64,000 nt of DNA. Source: Malacoraja senta. Lineage: Eukaryota. The stretch is taken from positions 16,990,001 through 17,054,000 of the forward strand of contig CM075987.1 of assembly GCA_038087875.1 (NCBI GenBank), read 5' to 3'. The notes beneath the pieces are model-generated. The model ran no database searches. It saw only the letters and a list, made by a program, of their open reading frames with translations, and was not told the DNA's origin. The translations under genes and the position numbers were made by a program. Below are positions 24,822 to 38,189 of this stretch, in pieces (the first letter of the stretch is position 1; every line of letters starts with the position of its first letter).

Positions 24822-25427
24822 TTTATAACAAGAGGAATCGAATATAGGAGCAAAGAGGTCCTTCTGCAGTTGTACAGAGCCCTAGTGAGACCACACCTGG
24901 AGTATTGTGTGCAGTTTTGGTCCCCTAATTTGAGGAAGGACATTCTTGCTATTGAGGGAGTGCAGCGTAGGTTTACAAGGTTAATTCCCAGGATGGCAGG
25001 ACTGTCATATGCTGAGAGAATGGAGCAGCTGGGCTTGTACACTCTGGAGTTTAGAAGGATGAGAGGGTATCTCATTGAAACATATAAGATTGTTAAGGGC
25101 TTGGACACACTAGAGGCAGGAAACATGTTCCTGATGTTTGGGGAGTCCAGAACCAGGGGCCACAGTTTAAGAATAAGGAGTAAGCCATTTAGAGCGGAGA
25201 CGAGGAAACACTTTTTCTCACAGAGAGTGGTGAGTCTGTGGAATTCTCTGCCTCAGATGCTTTCAAGAGAGAGCTAGATAGGGCTCTTAAAAATAGCGGA
25301 GTCAGGGTATATGGGGAGAAGGCAGGAACGGGGTACTGATTGTGGATGATCAGCCATGATTACATTGGATGGTGGTGCTGGCTCGAAGGGCCGAATGGCC
25401 TACTCCTGCACCTATTGTCTATTGTCT
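24822..25427 (+). mobile_element. CR1 3' copy with (CTATTGT)n tail
   Basis: [13 protein letters not shown]...; tail ctattgtctattgtct. Confidence 0.9.
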
Positions 25428-26593
25428 AACAACAGGCAGGATTTATGATGTCGCTAGAGATGAGGGGCCAACAGTTATCAAGAGCCATGGGAATTGGTTG
25501 TTTTTTTTACATATAGAAATACAGCACAGGAACAGGCCTTTGGCCCACCCTGTCGGTGCCAAACATGATGCCGCTTTAAACTATTCTCCTCTGCCTTCAT
25601 ATCCCCATACCCTGTGTGTTCATGTGCTTGTCTCAATGCCTTTTAAATGTTGCTTTCCACCTGCCTGCTGCCACTTGCGTGCTCCGCACATTTCTTTAAT
25701 TGTTTTCCATCTCACATTAAAACTACAGTATGCCTCCAATATTTGCAATTTTTACACTGGGTAGACGACCATGACCACATTCCCTATTTATGCCTCTCAT
25801 AATTCTATCAATTGTCAGGTTTACCCTCAGCCTCTGACACCGTAACAAAAATAATCGGTTTATCCAACCCAACTTTCTAGTCCAGGCAACAACCAGCCAA
25901 CTCTTCTGCATCGTCCAGTATTGTCATCAAACCGGCTGGCTAGTGAGGTGCCGTTCTAGTCTGGCAGGATGACCTGTACCCTGCTATGGCCAGGCGTCAG
26001 CTCCTGGACAACTTCTCATACCTGGACCGACACATCAGGCCTACTTTTCCCAAGCCGTCACTGATCTGATCAACTCCAGAGCCTCCACAGCCTCCAACCT
26101 TATAATTCCCCAACCCCACACTGCCTGTTTCTATCCAAAATCCACAAGCACCACTGTCCTGGCAGACCCAGTATCTTTTCATCTTTGGCCTTTGTCCAAC
26201 TATCTATCTGCCTATCTAACACCCTCTCACCTTTATCCACCTATTACCTGCAGGCTTTGTCCACCCCTCTAGCCCCACTCCTCCCACCCCCCCCCCCCCG
26301 ACAATCAGTCTGAAAAAGGGTCCCAGCCTTGAAACGTCACCTATCAATGCTCTCCAAAGATGCAGCCTGACCTGCCTAGTTTACTCCAGCATTTGTGTCT
26401 TTTTTATGTAAACCAGCGCCTGCAGTTTCTAGTCATAAACTAGGTAACTACAGACTGATGAGCGTTGCATCATTGTTAGGAAAATTAATGAAAATCCTAA
26501 GGGATAGGATTTATATCCATTTGGCAATGTAGGGGCTAACGAGGGTTGGTCAGCATGGCTTTGTGCAGTCATTTGAATTTTGTGAGGAGATAA

Positions 26594-27560
26594 CAATACG
26601 ATGCAATACGATGGAACTTTATCTATCCCAGGAGGGATATTGATCTGCCAACAGTCCTAAAAACAACATACATGAAACATGAAATTAAAGTGACGAGTGG
26701 AAAGGATTGGGCGATGTGCAATGATTGGGGGGGTGAGGGGAGTCAGTCTCAATCTACCCCACGACAGAAGGGGCGGAGTTGTACAGTTTGATAGCCACTG
26801 GGAAGAAGGATCTCCTGTGGCGTTCTGTGCTGCATCTTGGTGGAACCAGTCTGTTGCTGAAGGAGCTCCTCAGGTTGACCAGTGTGTCATAGAGGGGGTG
26901 AGCTGTATTGTCCAGGATGCTCCACAGTTTGAGGAGCATCCTCCCCTCCAAGACCACCTCCCATGAATCCAACTCCGCCCCCAGGATGGAGCCAGCCTTC
27001 CTGATGAGTTTGTTGATCCTATTGGCGTCCACAGCCCTGTTGCCCCAGCACACGGCAGCGAAGAAGATGGCACTGGCTACCACCGATTGGTAGAACATCT
27101 GCAGCATCTCACTGCAGATCTTGAAGGAGCCGAGCCTTCTCAAAAAGTACAGCCGTCTCTGTCCCTTCTTGTACAGGGCCTCAGCGTTCCTGGACCAGTC
27201 CAGTTTACTGTCCATGTACACTCCAAGTTAATTGTACTCCCTGGTAAGCTGCTCATCCACACCATTGATGGATATAGGGGACAGGGTGTTCCTCTCCTCC
27301 TAAAGTCCACCACCAACTCCTTAATCTTGCAGGTGTTGAGCTGCAGGTGATTCAGCGTACACCACTCAACAAAGTCGTTGACTACACCTCTGTATTCAGC
27401 TTCCCACCCCTCACTGATGCAGCCCACAATTACAGAGTCATCTGAAAACTTCTGCAGGTGGCAGGAGACGGAGTTATATCTGAAGTCCGAGGTGTAGATG
27501 GTGAATAGGAAGGGAGAGAGGACCGTCCCCTGTGGGGCCCCTGTGTTGCTCACCACCATA
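26594..27560 (-). mobile_element. Rex1/Babar LINE, 5'-truncated
   Basis: SNTGAPQGTVLSPFLF, QKFSDDS, RLYFLRRLGSF, SFFPVAIKLYN; short repeat tail caatacgat. Confidence 0.88.
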
Positions 27561-27594
27561 ACACAAACGAACATTGATGAAGGCAAGATGGTAG

Positions 27595-28188
27595 TCAATA
27601 GACAATAGATGCAGGAGTAGGCCATTCAGCCCTTCGAGCCAGCACCGCCATTCAATGTGATCATGGCTGATCATCCACAATCAGTACCCCGTTCATGCCT
27701 TCTCCCCATATCCCCTGACTCCGCTATTTTTAAGAGCCCTATCTAGCTCTCTCTTGAAAGCATCCAGAGAACCTGCCTCCACTGCCCTCTGAGGTAGAGA
27801 ATTCCACAGACTCACCACTCTCTGTGAGAAAAAGTGTTTCCTCGTCTCCGTTCCAAATGGCTTACTCCTTATTCTTAAACTGTGGCCGCTGGTTCTGGAC
27901 TCCCCCAACATCAGGAACAAGTTTCCTGCCTCTAGCGTGTCCAAGCCCTTAACAATCCTATATGTTTCAATGAGATTCCCTCTCATCCTTCTAAACTCCA
28001 GAGTGTACAAGCCCAGCTGCTCCATTCTCTCAGCATATGACAGTCCCGCCATCCCGGGAATTAACCTTGTAAACCTACGCTGCACTCCCTCAATAGCAAG
28101 AATGTCCGTCCTCAAATTAGGGGACCAAAACTGCACACAATACTCCAGGTGTGGTCTCACTAGGGCTCTATACAACTGCAGAAGGACC
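27595..28188 (-). mobile_element. CR1 3' copy
   Basis: ORF 27693-28196; caatagac tail. Confidence 0.9.
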
Positions 28189-28336
28189 TCAGACAATAGT
28201 TATTGTCTGTCTGGACTTTATTAAGGCAGAGGCAAAGGGCTCGTGTTGTGGGCTGGTCAAGGAGGTTGAGATCCAAAGTAAGCTGATTCATTGGATCAAA
28301 AATTGTTTTGGTGATAAAAGTGTAGTGGCAGAAGAA

Positions 28337-31062
28337 TGTACTAGTAGTAGTAGTGACCAGTGGTGTACTAGTAGTAGTAGTGACCAGTGGTGTACTAGTA
28401 GTAGTAGTGACCAGTGGTGTACTAGTAGTAGTAGTGACCAGTGGTGTACTAGTAGTAGTAGTGACCAGTGGTGTTGTAGTAGTAGTGACCAGTGGTGTAC
28501 TAGTAGTAGTAGTGACCAGTGGTGTACTAGTAGTAGTAGTGACCAGTGGTGTACTAGTAGTAGTAGTGACCAGTGGTGTACTAGTAGTAGTAGTGACCAG
28601 TGGTGTACTAGTAGTAGTAGTGACCAGTGGTGTACTAGTAGTAGTAGTGACCAGTGGTGTACTAGTAGTAGTAGTGACCAGTGGTGTACTAGTAGTAGTA
28701 GTGACCAGTGGTGTACTAGTAGTAGTAGTGACCAGTGGTGTACTAGTAGTAGTAGTGACCAGTGGTGTACTAGTAGTAGTGACCAGTGGTGTACTAGTAG
28801 TAGTAGTGACCAGTGGTGTACTAGTAGTAGTAGTGACCAGTGGTGTACTAGTAGTAGTAGTGACCAGTGGTGTACTAGTAGTAGTAGTGACCAGTGGTGT
28901 ACTAGTAGTAGTAGTGACCAGTGGTGTACTAGTAGTAGTAGTGACCAGTGGTGTACTAGTAGTAGTAGTGACCAGTGGTGTACTAGTAGTAGTAGTGACC
29001 AGTGGTGTACTAGTAGTAGTAGTGACCAGTGGTGTACTAGTAGTAGTAGTGACCAGTGGTGTACTAGTAGAAGCAGTGACCAGTGGTGTACTAGTAGTAG
29101 TAGTGACCAGTGGTGTACTAGTAGTAGTAGTGACCAGTGGTGTACTAGTAATAGCAGTGACCAGTGGTGTACTAGTAGTAGTAGTGACCAGTGGTGTACT
29201 AGTAGTAGTAGTGACCAGTGGTGTACTAGTAGTAGTGACCAGTGGTGTACTAGTAGTAGTAGTGACCAGTGGTGTACTAGTAGTAGTAGTGACCAGTGGT
29301 GTACTAGTAGTAGTAGTGACCAGTGGTGTACTAGTAGTAGTAGTGACCAGTGGTGTACTAGTAGTAGTAGTGACCAGTGGTGTACTAGTAGTAGTAGTGA
29401 CCAGTGGTGTACTAGTAGTAGTAGTGACCAGTGGTGTACTAGTAGTAGTAGTGACCAGTGGTGTACTAGTAGTAGTAGTGACCAGTGGTGTACTAGTAGT
29501 AGTAGTGACCAGTGGTGTACTAGTAGTAGTGGTGACCAGTGGTGTACTAGTAGTAGTGGTGACCAGTGGTGTACTAGTAGTAGTGGTGACCAGTGGTGTA
29601 CTAGTAGTAGTGGTGACCAGTGGTGTACTAGTAGTAGTGGTGACCAGTGGTGTACTAGTAGTAGTGGTGACCAGTGGTGTACTAGTAGTAGTGGTGACCA
29701 GTGGTGTACTAGTAGTAGTTGTGACCAGTGGTGTACTAGTAGTAGTGGTGACCAGTGGTGTACTAGTAGTAGTGGTGACCAGTGGTGTACTAGTAGTAGT
29801 GGTGACCAGTGGTGCACTAGTATTAGTAGTGACCAGTGGTGTACTAGTAGTAGTGGTGACCAGTGGTGTACTAGTAGTAATAGTGACCAGTGGTGCACTA
29901 GTAGTAGTAGTGACCAGTGGTGTACTAGTAGTAGTAGTGACCAGTGGTGTACTAGTAGTAGTAGTGACCAGTGGTGTACTAGTAGTAGTAGTGACCAGTG
30001 GTGTACTAGTAGTAGTAGTGACCAGTGGTGTACTAGTAGTAGTAGTGACCAGTGGTGTACTAGTAGTAGTAGTGACCAGTGGTGTACTAGTAGTAGTAGT
30101 GACCAGTGGTGTACTAGTAGTAGTAGTGACCAGTGGTGTACTAGTAGTAGTAGTGACCAGTGGTGTACTAGTAGTAGTAGTGACCAGTGGTGTACTAGTA
30201 GTAGTAGTGACCAGTGGTGTACTAGTAGTAGTAGTGACCAGTGGTGTACTAGTAGTAGTAGTGACCAGTGGTGTACTAGTAGTAGTAGTGACCAGTGGTG
30301 TACTAGTAGTAGTAGTGACCAGTGGTGTACTAGTAGTAGTAGTGACCAGTGGTGTACTAGTAGTAGTAGTGACCAGTGGTGTACTAGTAGTAGTAGTGAC
30401 CAGTGGTGTACTAGTAGTAGTAGTGACCAGTGGTGTACTAGTAGTAGTAGTGACCAGTGGTGTACTAGTAGTAGTAGTGACCAGTGGTGTACTAGTAGTA
30501 GTAGTGACCAGTGGTGTACTAGTAGTAGAAGTGACCAGTGGTGCACTAGTAGTAGTAGTGACCAGTGGTGTACTAGTAGTAGTAGTGACCAGTGGTGCAC
30601 TAGTAGTAGTAGTGACCAGTGGTGCACTAGTAGTAGTAGTGACCAGTGGTGTACTAGTAGTAGTAGTGACCAGTGGTGCACTAGTAGTAGTAGTGACCAG
30701 TGGTGCACTAGTAGTAGTAGTGACCAGTGGTGTACTAGTAGTAGTAGTGACCAGTGGTGTACTAGTAGTAGTAGTGACCAGTGGTGTACTAGTAGTAGTA
30801 GTGACCAGTGGTGTACTACAAGTAGTAGTGACCAGTGGTGTACTAGTAGAAGCAGTGACCAGTGGTGTACTAGTAGAAGCAGTGACCAGTGGTGTACTAG
30901 TAGTAGTAGTAGTGACCAGTGGTGTACTAGTAGAAGCAGTGACCAGTGCTGTACTAGTAGAAGCAGTGACCAGTGGTGTACTAGTAGAAGCAGTGACCAG
31001 TGGTGTACTAGTAGAAGCAGTGACCAGTGGTGTACTAGTAGAAGCAGTGACTAGTGGTGTAC
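28337..31062. repeat. 27-bp minisatellite, about 100 copies (GTGACCAGTGGTGTACTAGTAGTAGTA)
   Basis: Directly visible; some 24-bp and 30-bp units; flanked on both sides by CR1 RT sequence. Confidence 0.98.
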
Positions 31063-31660
31063 AAGGGAATTAAATGCAACATCTCCAAGTTTGCGGATGA
31101 CACAAAGCTGGGTGGCAGTGAGGTGCGAGGAGGATGCTATGAGGCTGCAGGGTGACTTGGACAGGTTGGGGGAGTGGGCAGATGCATGGCAGCTGCAGTA
31201 TAATGTGGATAAATGTGAGGTTATCCACTTTGGTGGCAAGAACAGGAAGGCAGATTACTATCTGAATGGTGTCAGATTGGGAAAAGGGGAGGTGCAACGA
31301 GACCTGCGGTGTGCTTGTACATCAGTCACTGAAAGTAAGCATGCAGGTACAGCAGGCAGTGAAGAAAGCTAATTGGCCTTCAAAACGAGAGGATTTGAAT
31401 ATAGGAGTAAAGAGGTCCTGCAGTTGTACAGGGCACTGGTGAGAGCACATCTGGAGTATTGTGTGCAGTTTGGTTTCCTAATTTGAGGAAGGACATTCCT
31501 GCTATTGAGGGAGTGCAGCATAGGTTCACCAGGTTAATTCCTGGGATGGTGGGACTGACATATGATGAAAGAATGGGTTGACTGGGCGTATTCGCTGGAA
31601 TTTAGAAGGATGAGAGGGAATCTCATAGAGACATATAAAATTCTTAAAGGATTGGACAGG
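31063..31660 (+). mobile_element. CR1 RT fragment
   Basis: KFADDTKL...LQGDLDRL...YNVDKCEVIHFG. Confidence 0.88.
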
Positions 31661-32784
31661 ACACCTATTTTTCTCTGTTTCTTTGTGTCCTGTTGCCTGT
31701 GATATATATTAACAAGGTTGTTCAAGGCTTCAGTAGGGTATAGTGCAGAGAACCCTTACGTTCAATCTAGAGTTCGCTGAACGTGTCAACTTACAGGTGT
31801 ATATGGTGATGAAAAGGCGCAGGCTTGCCATCCTTAGTTGGAGCATAAACTACAAACATTGGGAGGATATATTACAATTTTACAACACACTACTTAATCC
31901 ACAGTAGACATAAGGAGCCACAGACCACACTTGTAGTACTGTGTGCAGTTCAGGTCAACAAACTATAGGAGGGATGTGGTTGTGTGAACCAGATCCCAAA
32001 AGCCTTCTTCCTTGGATGACATATTCATCAATGAAGTTCTTAGCACATATCAGGAAGTCCTCCCCTTCCATCTTCCTAGGGTGATAGAGTCATACAGCAT
32101 GGAAGCAGGCCCCTTGGCCCAACTTGTCCATGTCGACCATCTAAGCTAGTCCCATTTGCCTGTGTATCCATTATTCTAATGTTATCTTGATCAGGAAACA
32201 AGAGACTGGAATCTTGAGCAAAACATATAATGCTTCAGGAAATCAGCTGCACAGGCAGCATCTGTGTAGGATTGAACCAACAATGTTTTGCATCAGGACC
32301 CTTCTTCAGATATAATGTCAGTCAAATTTAATAAATGGTAGGCATGCGTCAGTATTTGAGCAAAAATAAGAGGAATAAATTATAGATCGCAGGTCTAGAG
32401 AGATGGCAAATAATTGCAGATGCTATGATGATGATATGGAAAATCATCTTGATTTGGGAACCATTCCTTAAAATAAGAAACGCTCTGTTGTTCAAGGAAG
32501 GTTTAGGTTTATTATGGTCACGTGTAGTGAGGTACAGTGAAAACTGGACGGGTGAGGAGGGACATCGCTTCCAAGGAAGGCGATGGCTGGTGGCCCGCAG
32601 CAGCCAGCAGGTTGTCTGGATCGGGCACCGCCCATATAAAATAAAGTGCGGAGGGGACATAGAAAATGGCGACAAAGCATGGCACCACTCGCATACGAAC
32701 GAATGAATAAATGAATGAATGAATACTTTATTGCCATATGTGACAAGTTGGTCACACACGTGACAATTAATGTACTATTAAACC

Positions 32785-35280
32785 ATTGGGCACTTTGGTT
32801 AGGCCGAATTTAGAGTATTGTGGGCAGTTCTGGTCGCCCCATTACAGGAAGGATGTGGAGGCTTTGGAGAAGGTGCAGAGGAGGTTTACCAGAATTATAC
32901 CTGGATTAGGGGATATTTGCTATAAGTTGAGGTTCGCCAGACTTGGATTGTTTTCTCTGGAACGGCAGAGGTTGAAAGGAAACCTGATAGAACTTTATAA
33001 AATTATGAGAGACAAAAATAGGGTAGACAGTCAGAACCTTTTACCCAGGGTGTAAATGTCAAAGACTAATGGGCATAGCTTTAAGGTGAAAAGGGCAAAA
33101 GTAAAGGAGATATGCGAGGCATGTAATTTACACAGAGAGTGGTGGGTGCCTGGAACGCATTGCCTGGGGAAGTGGTGAAAACACATTCAATAGCAATAAT
33201 TTAGACAGACAATGAAAAGGCTATGTCCTCCAGTCCTAGACTCTCCCACTAATGGAAACATCCTCTCCACATCCACTCTATCCTGGCCTTCCACTATCTG
33301 TTAAGTTTCAATGAGTACCCCCCTCATCCTTCTAAACTCCAGCGAGTACAGGCCCAGTTCCGTCAAACACTCATCATATGTCAACCCACTCATTCCTTGG
33401 ATAACTCTTGTAAACCTCCTCTGGACCATCTCCAGAGCCAGCACATCCTTCCTCAGATATGGGGCCCAAAATTATTCACAATATTCCAAATGCAGTCTGA
33501 CCAGCACCTTATAAAATCTCAGCATTACATCCCTGTGTTTGTATTCTCCTCTCAAAATAAATACTAGCATTGTGTTTGGCTTCCTTACTACCGATTCGAC
33601 TTGCAAATTAACTATTTGGGAATCCTGCACCAGCACTCCCAAGTCCCTTTGCACCTCTGCTTTCTGAATTATTTCCCCATTTAGAAAATAGGCTACACCT
33701 TTATTCCTACTACCAGAATGCATGACTCCATGCATTGTATGAGGTCATAGTGTCATACAGCTTGGAAGCAGGCCCTTCGGCCCTACTTGCCCACGCCAAC
33801 CAACATCTACACTGGTCCCACCTGCCTGCATTTGGCCCATATCCCTCCAAACCTGTCCTATCCATGCACCTGATGAAATGTTTTTAAAACATTGTGATAG
33901 TACCTGCCTCAACTCTGCTCTCTAGCAGCTCCTTCCAAATGCCTATCATAATTTGTCCCTCAGCAAAAGACTGTGCATTTACCCTATCTATCCCCCTCAA
34001 CATCTTTTACACCTCTATAATATCACCCACCATCCTCCTGCGCTCCAAAGAATAAAGTCCCAGCCTGCTTAACCTCTCCCTATATCTCAGGTCCTCAAGT
34101 ACTGGCAACATCCTCGTAAATCTTCTCTGCACCGTTTCCAGTTTGACAACTTTTTTCCTGTAACATGGTAACCAAAACTGAACACAATCCCAAATGTGGC
34201 CTCACCAATGTCGTATACGACTATAACGTGACCTCCCAACTTCTATACTCAATACTCTGACTAATGAAGGCCAATGTATCGAAAGCCTTTTTGACCACTC
34301 TATAGAAACACAGAAAAATAGGTGCAGGAATAGGTCATTCGGCCCTTCGAGTCAGCACTGGCATTCAATATGTTCATGGCTGATCATCTAAAATCAGTAC
34401 CTCGTTCCTGCTTTTTGTCTATTGTCTATTGTCCCCATATCCCTTGATTCCTGTAGCCCTAAGAGCTAAATCTAACTCTCTCAAACTATCTACCTGTGGT
34501 GCCACTTTCAAAGAACTACGTACCTGGACCCTTGTCTCCCTCTGCTCTACAACACTCCCAGAGCCCTACCATTCACTGTGTAGGTCCTTCCCTTGTTATA
34601 CTTCCTAAAATCCAACACCTCCATTTCTCTGTCTTAAGTTCCATCAACCATTCCTCAGCCCAGCTGGCCAACTGATCAAGATGCTGTTGCCATGTTTGAT
34701 AGCCATCTTCACTATCTACAATACCACACACTTTAGTATCACAGGGCATTAAGTATAACAGTTGGCAAGTCATGCTGCAGCTTTATGGGACTTTAATTTG
34801 GCCACATTTAGCGCATGGTGTGCAATTCTGGTCTCCCCGTTACTGGAACGAGGTGGAGTCTTGGGAGAGGGTACAGAGGAGATTTACCAGAAGGCTACCT
34901 GGATTAGAGGGTATTAGCTACTGGGAGCGGTTGGACAGACTTGGATTATTTTCTCTGGAAGGCTAGGAGATTTGATAGAAATATATAAAATTATGAGAGG
35001 TGCAAATACGGTAGACAGTCAGAACAATTTTCCCAAGGTTGAAACGTCAAAGACTAGACGGTATAGCTTTAGCTGAGCTTTAAGGTGAGAATGACCACCC
35101 AAGTCAATTTAGAGATGTATGGAGCAAGGTTTTTGCACAACAGGGTGTTGGTGCCTGGAACATGCTGCCTGTGGTGATGATGGAGGCAGATACGATAGTG
35201 GCGTTTACGAGGCTTTTCCGCAGGCTCATGAACAGTCTGAATAGGAGAATATAAAATCAGGTGCAAATGGGGATGATTTA
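32785..35280. mobile_element. Cluster of decayed CR1 3' fragments in both orientations
   Basis: Repeated RP(N/H)LEYC, VQRRFTR motifs on + (32786, 34772) and - (33472, 34573). Confidence 0.8.
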
Positions 35281-35315
35281 GATTGTTACTTACTAACTTT
35301 CTTATTCGCCTGCAG

Positions 35316-35695
35316 ATTTTTTGAATCTTCATCTTAGCCTTGATGACTCTGTACCAGACATTGCCACCAGAACTCACAGGAGCAGTGAAGAGCTGCCTGG
35401 GGATGAGAACATTCATGCCACCATGACTGTCCCTCTGGCCTGACCCACATCTTTCAGCAGTCTTAAACTCGCCACCGCTGTGCCTGCTGAGCATATTCCC
35501 ACACTACATCAATACATTCAGCAATGAATAGCAACGATCCTTACGATGTATGATTTAGTGCATGTATGTTTTCATTCATTCCACTTATTTGTGTATAAAT
35601 TATTTAAATATCCAACCCTGCGTTTTAATATATCAGATAGAATAGATTAGTTATTGTTATTTGATTTAAATAAAATATTCCCGTTATTGTTTTTT
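35316..35695 (+). other. Probable terminal exon of host gene 1 (short coding part and/or 3' UTR)
   Basis: Perfect TACTAAC branch point 35291-35297, pyrimidine tract, cag 35313-35315; AATAAA 35669-35674 followed by a T/GT-rich stretch; phase 1 reads DFLNLHLSLDDSVPDIATRTHRSSEELPGDENIHATMTVPLA* (stop 35441), phase 2 reads FFESSS*. Confidence 0.65.
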
Positions 35696-36879
35696 CAGTT
35701 TCTCATGATTTTGTAATACTATTTTTGTTGTTCATAACAATCTGTATATCGAGACATACAGAGGGGGCAGTGGTGGAGGGGAGGTGGTGGAGGGGAGGTG
35801 GTGGAGGGGCGTGGGTGTGAGAGGGGTGGGCCTGTGGGGATGGGTGGGTCTGTAGGGAGGGGTGGGGCCTGTGAGAGGAGGTGGGGCTGTGGGGGAGGGG
35901 CGGGTTCTGAGGGGGCAGGGCAGTGGGGAGGGGCGGGGTCTGTGAGAAGGGTCAGGGTCAAAGATCATAGAGCGTTTAATAGAAACATTAAAAGAAAATT
36001 AACTAAAATATGTGAATTGATAGATGAGTTATAGGGAGGTTGCACAGCAGTCGAGGTCACGACCCGTGACCCGTACTGTTGCCACTCAACGCCTTCTGGA
36101 GTACACGCGGTGGGCCCGTCTTCTGTCCAAGCATCCGGACTCCACGCTGACTGGTTTCACACTCGCGGACCCCGGGCCATCTGTCCCCGCGGCCACGGGT
36201 GTCGGGGGTCAGGGTGCCAGTGCCGCGCGGTCAGTGACTTTGGGTGGGCGGAAGGACCAGACTGTCTCCAACTCTGCTGCAGCTGATCGGGACGTTGCCG
36301 GGTGGTCGGAGGGGGTGGTCGTCCTCGTGTGTCTGCTGCCCGGAGCCACGGCCCCGCTCCACCCGGCCCTGTGTGTATGCGCTGCCGACCCACAGCCCGT
36401 GACAGTGTGGCCCACAGGGGGAGACGGGGCGGAGGGCGGCCGTGGCCGGACAGCGCTGGCCCCGGGCGGAGAGTGGGGGCTGTCCCGAGGGATGCACTCC
36501 TTTGGCCGCTTACACCTTGGTGCTCGGGTTCAGAACAAAGATACTAGAGCATTTGGTTCAGAGCGCTTTACAGCGCAAAAATTTACCATTTCGACTGTTT
36601 TTTAACAGGTAAGAAAGAACGCGTTTTGTGTGTTGACAGTGTATGCGGGAGGCTGCCATGTCCTTCAGAAAGATTGAGCTGCTCCCTGCATCACGCCCTT
36701 TGACCCAATGAGCTTACGTGCAACCCCCCTAAATCACACACATAATGTTCCCCTACAACACTGATTACACTGCGAGATGCATAACGGACGTCGCGTTGAG
36801 CATTCCAAGATGGCGGCCGTTAGGCTCCGTTACGTACTACACCACAGTGCATTGGATAACGCAGGAGTGGACTATCTAG

Positions 36880-38087
36880 GGTACACAAAAATGCTGGAGA
36901 AACTCAGCGGGTGCAGCAGCATCTATGGAGCGAAGGAAATAGGCAACGTTTCGGGCCGAAACTCTTCTTCAGACTGATGGGGAGAAGAAAGAAAAAAGGC
37001 GGAGGAGGAGCCCGAAGGCTGGGGGATGGGAGGAGACAACCAGAGGGCTGATGAAGGGGAGGAGACAGCAAGGGCCAGCAAAATTGGGAGAATTCAATGT
37101 TCATGCCCCCAGGATGCAGACTACCCAAGCAGAATATGAGGTGCATTTCCTCCAATTTCCGGTGTTGCTCGCTGTGGCCATGGAGGAGACCCAGGACAGA
37201 GAGGTCGGATACGGAATGGGAGGGGGAGTTGAAGTGCTGAGCCACCGGGAGGTCAGGTTGGTTATTGCGGACCGACCGGAGGTGTTCGGTGAAACGATTG
37301 CCAAGCCTCCGCTTGGTCTCACCGATGTAGATCAGCTGACATCTAGAGCAGCGGATGCAATAGATGAGGTTGGAGGAGATGCAGGTGAACCTTTGTCGCA
37401 CCTGGAACGACTGCTTAGGTCCTTGAATGGAGTCGAGGGGGGAGGTGAAGGGACAAGTGTTGCATCTCTTGCGGTTGCAAGGGAAAGTACCCGGGGAGGG
37501 AAGGGAAGAATTGACAAGGGAGTTACGGTGGAAGCGGTCTTTGCGGAAGGCAGACATAGGGGGAGATGGGAAGATGTGGCGAGTGGTGGAGTCACGTTGG
37601 AGGTGGCGAAACTGACGGATGATCACTTGTTGTATGTGACAGCTGGTGGGGTGAAAGGTGAGGACTAGGGGGACTCTGCCCTTGTTGTGAGTGGGGGGAT
37701 GGGGAGAGAGAGCAGTGTTGCGGGGTATGGCAGAGACCCTGGTGCGAGCCTCAGCGGAAATTGCCACCCCATGGCCACAGCGAGCAACACCGGAAATTGG
37801 AGGAAATGCACCTCATATTCCGCTTGGGCAGTCTACATCCTGGGGGCTTGAACATTGAATTCTCCCAATTCTGCTAGCCCTTGCTGTCCCCTCCCCTTCA
37901 TCAGCCCTCTGGTTGTCTCCTCCCATCCACCAGCCCTCGGGCTCCTCCTCTGCCTTTTTTCCTTTTTTCCTTTCTTCTCCCCACCCCCCATCAGTCTGAA
38001 GAAGGGTTCGGCCCAAAACGTTGCCTATTTCCTTCGCTCCATAGATGCTGCTGCACCCGCTGAATTTCTCCAGCATTTTGTGTACCT
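36880..38087 (-). mobile_element. Penelope-like element, 5'-truncated, with inverted copy of its 3' end (~310-bp terminal inverted repeat)
   Basis: ORF 36904-37767: RVPLVLTFHP, CNRKRCNTC, NLIYCIRC..CQLIYIGETKRRL..RF.EH; 37770-38087 is the inverted 3' end. Confidence 0.9.
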
Positions 38088-38189
38088 TCTGTGAGAGGGG
38101 CGTTGCTGTGTGGGGCGTGGTCTGTGAGAGGGGGCGGGGTTTGCGAGAGGGCGGGGCTGTGGGGGGAGGGCGGGGTTGTGGGAAGCAAA

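Noticed and set aside
28337..31062. CRISPR-like array
   Set aside because: Contiguous near-identical units with no unique spacers, no cas genes, eukaryotic context
28151..31073. 967-, 906- and 806-aa ORFs (SDQWCTSSS, VTSGVLVVV, HHWSLLLLV repeats)
   Set aside because: By-product of a 27-bp unit lacking stops in three frames; no splice signals or credible start, and flanked by CR1 debris
31716..31796. Exon-like segment after a pyrimidine tract
   Set aside because: Stops in all three frames before the best donor
36024..36605. 193-aa ORF in the CpG-rich block
   Set aside because: No recognisable domain; GC-rich sequence, probably part of a non-autonomous repeat
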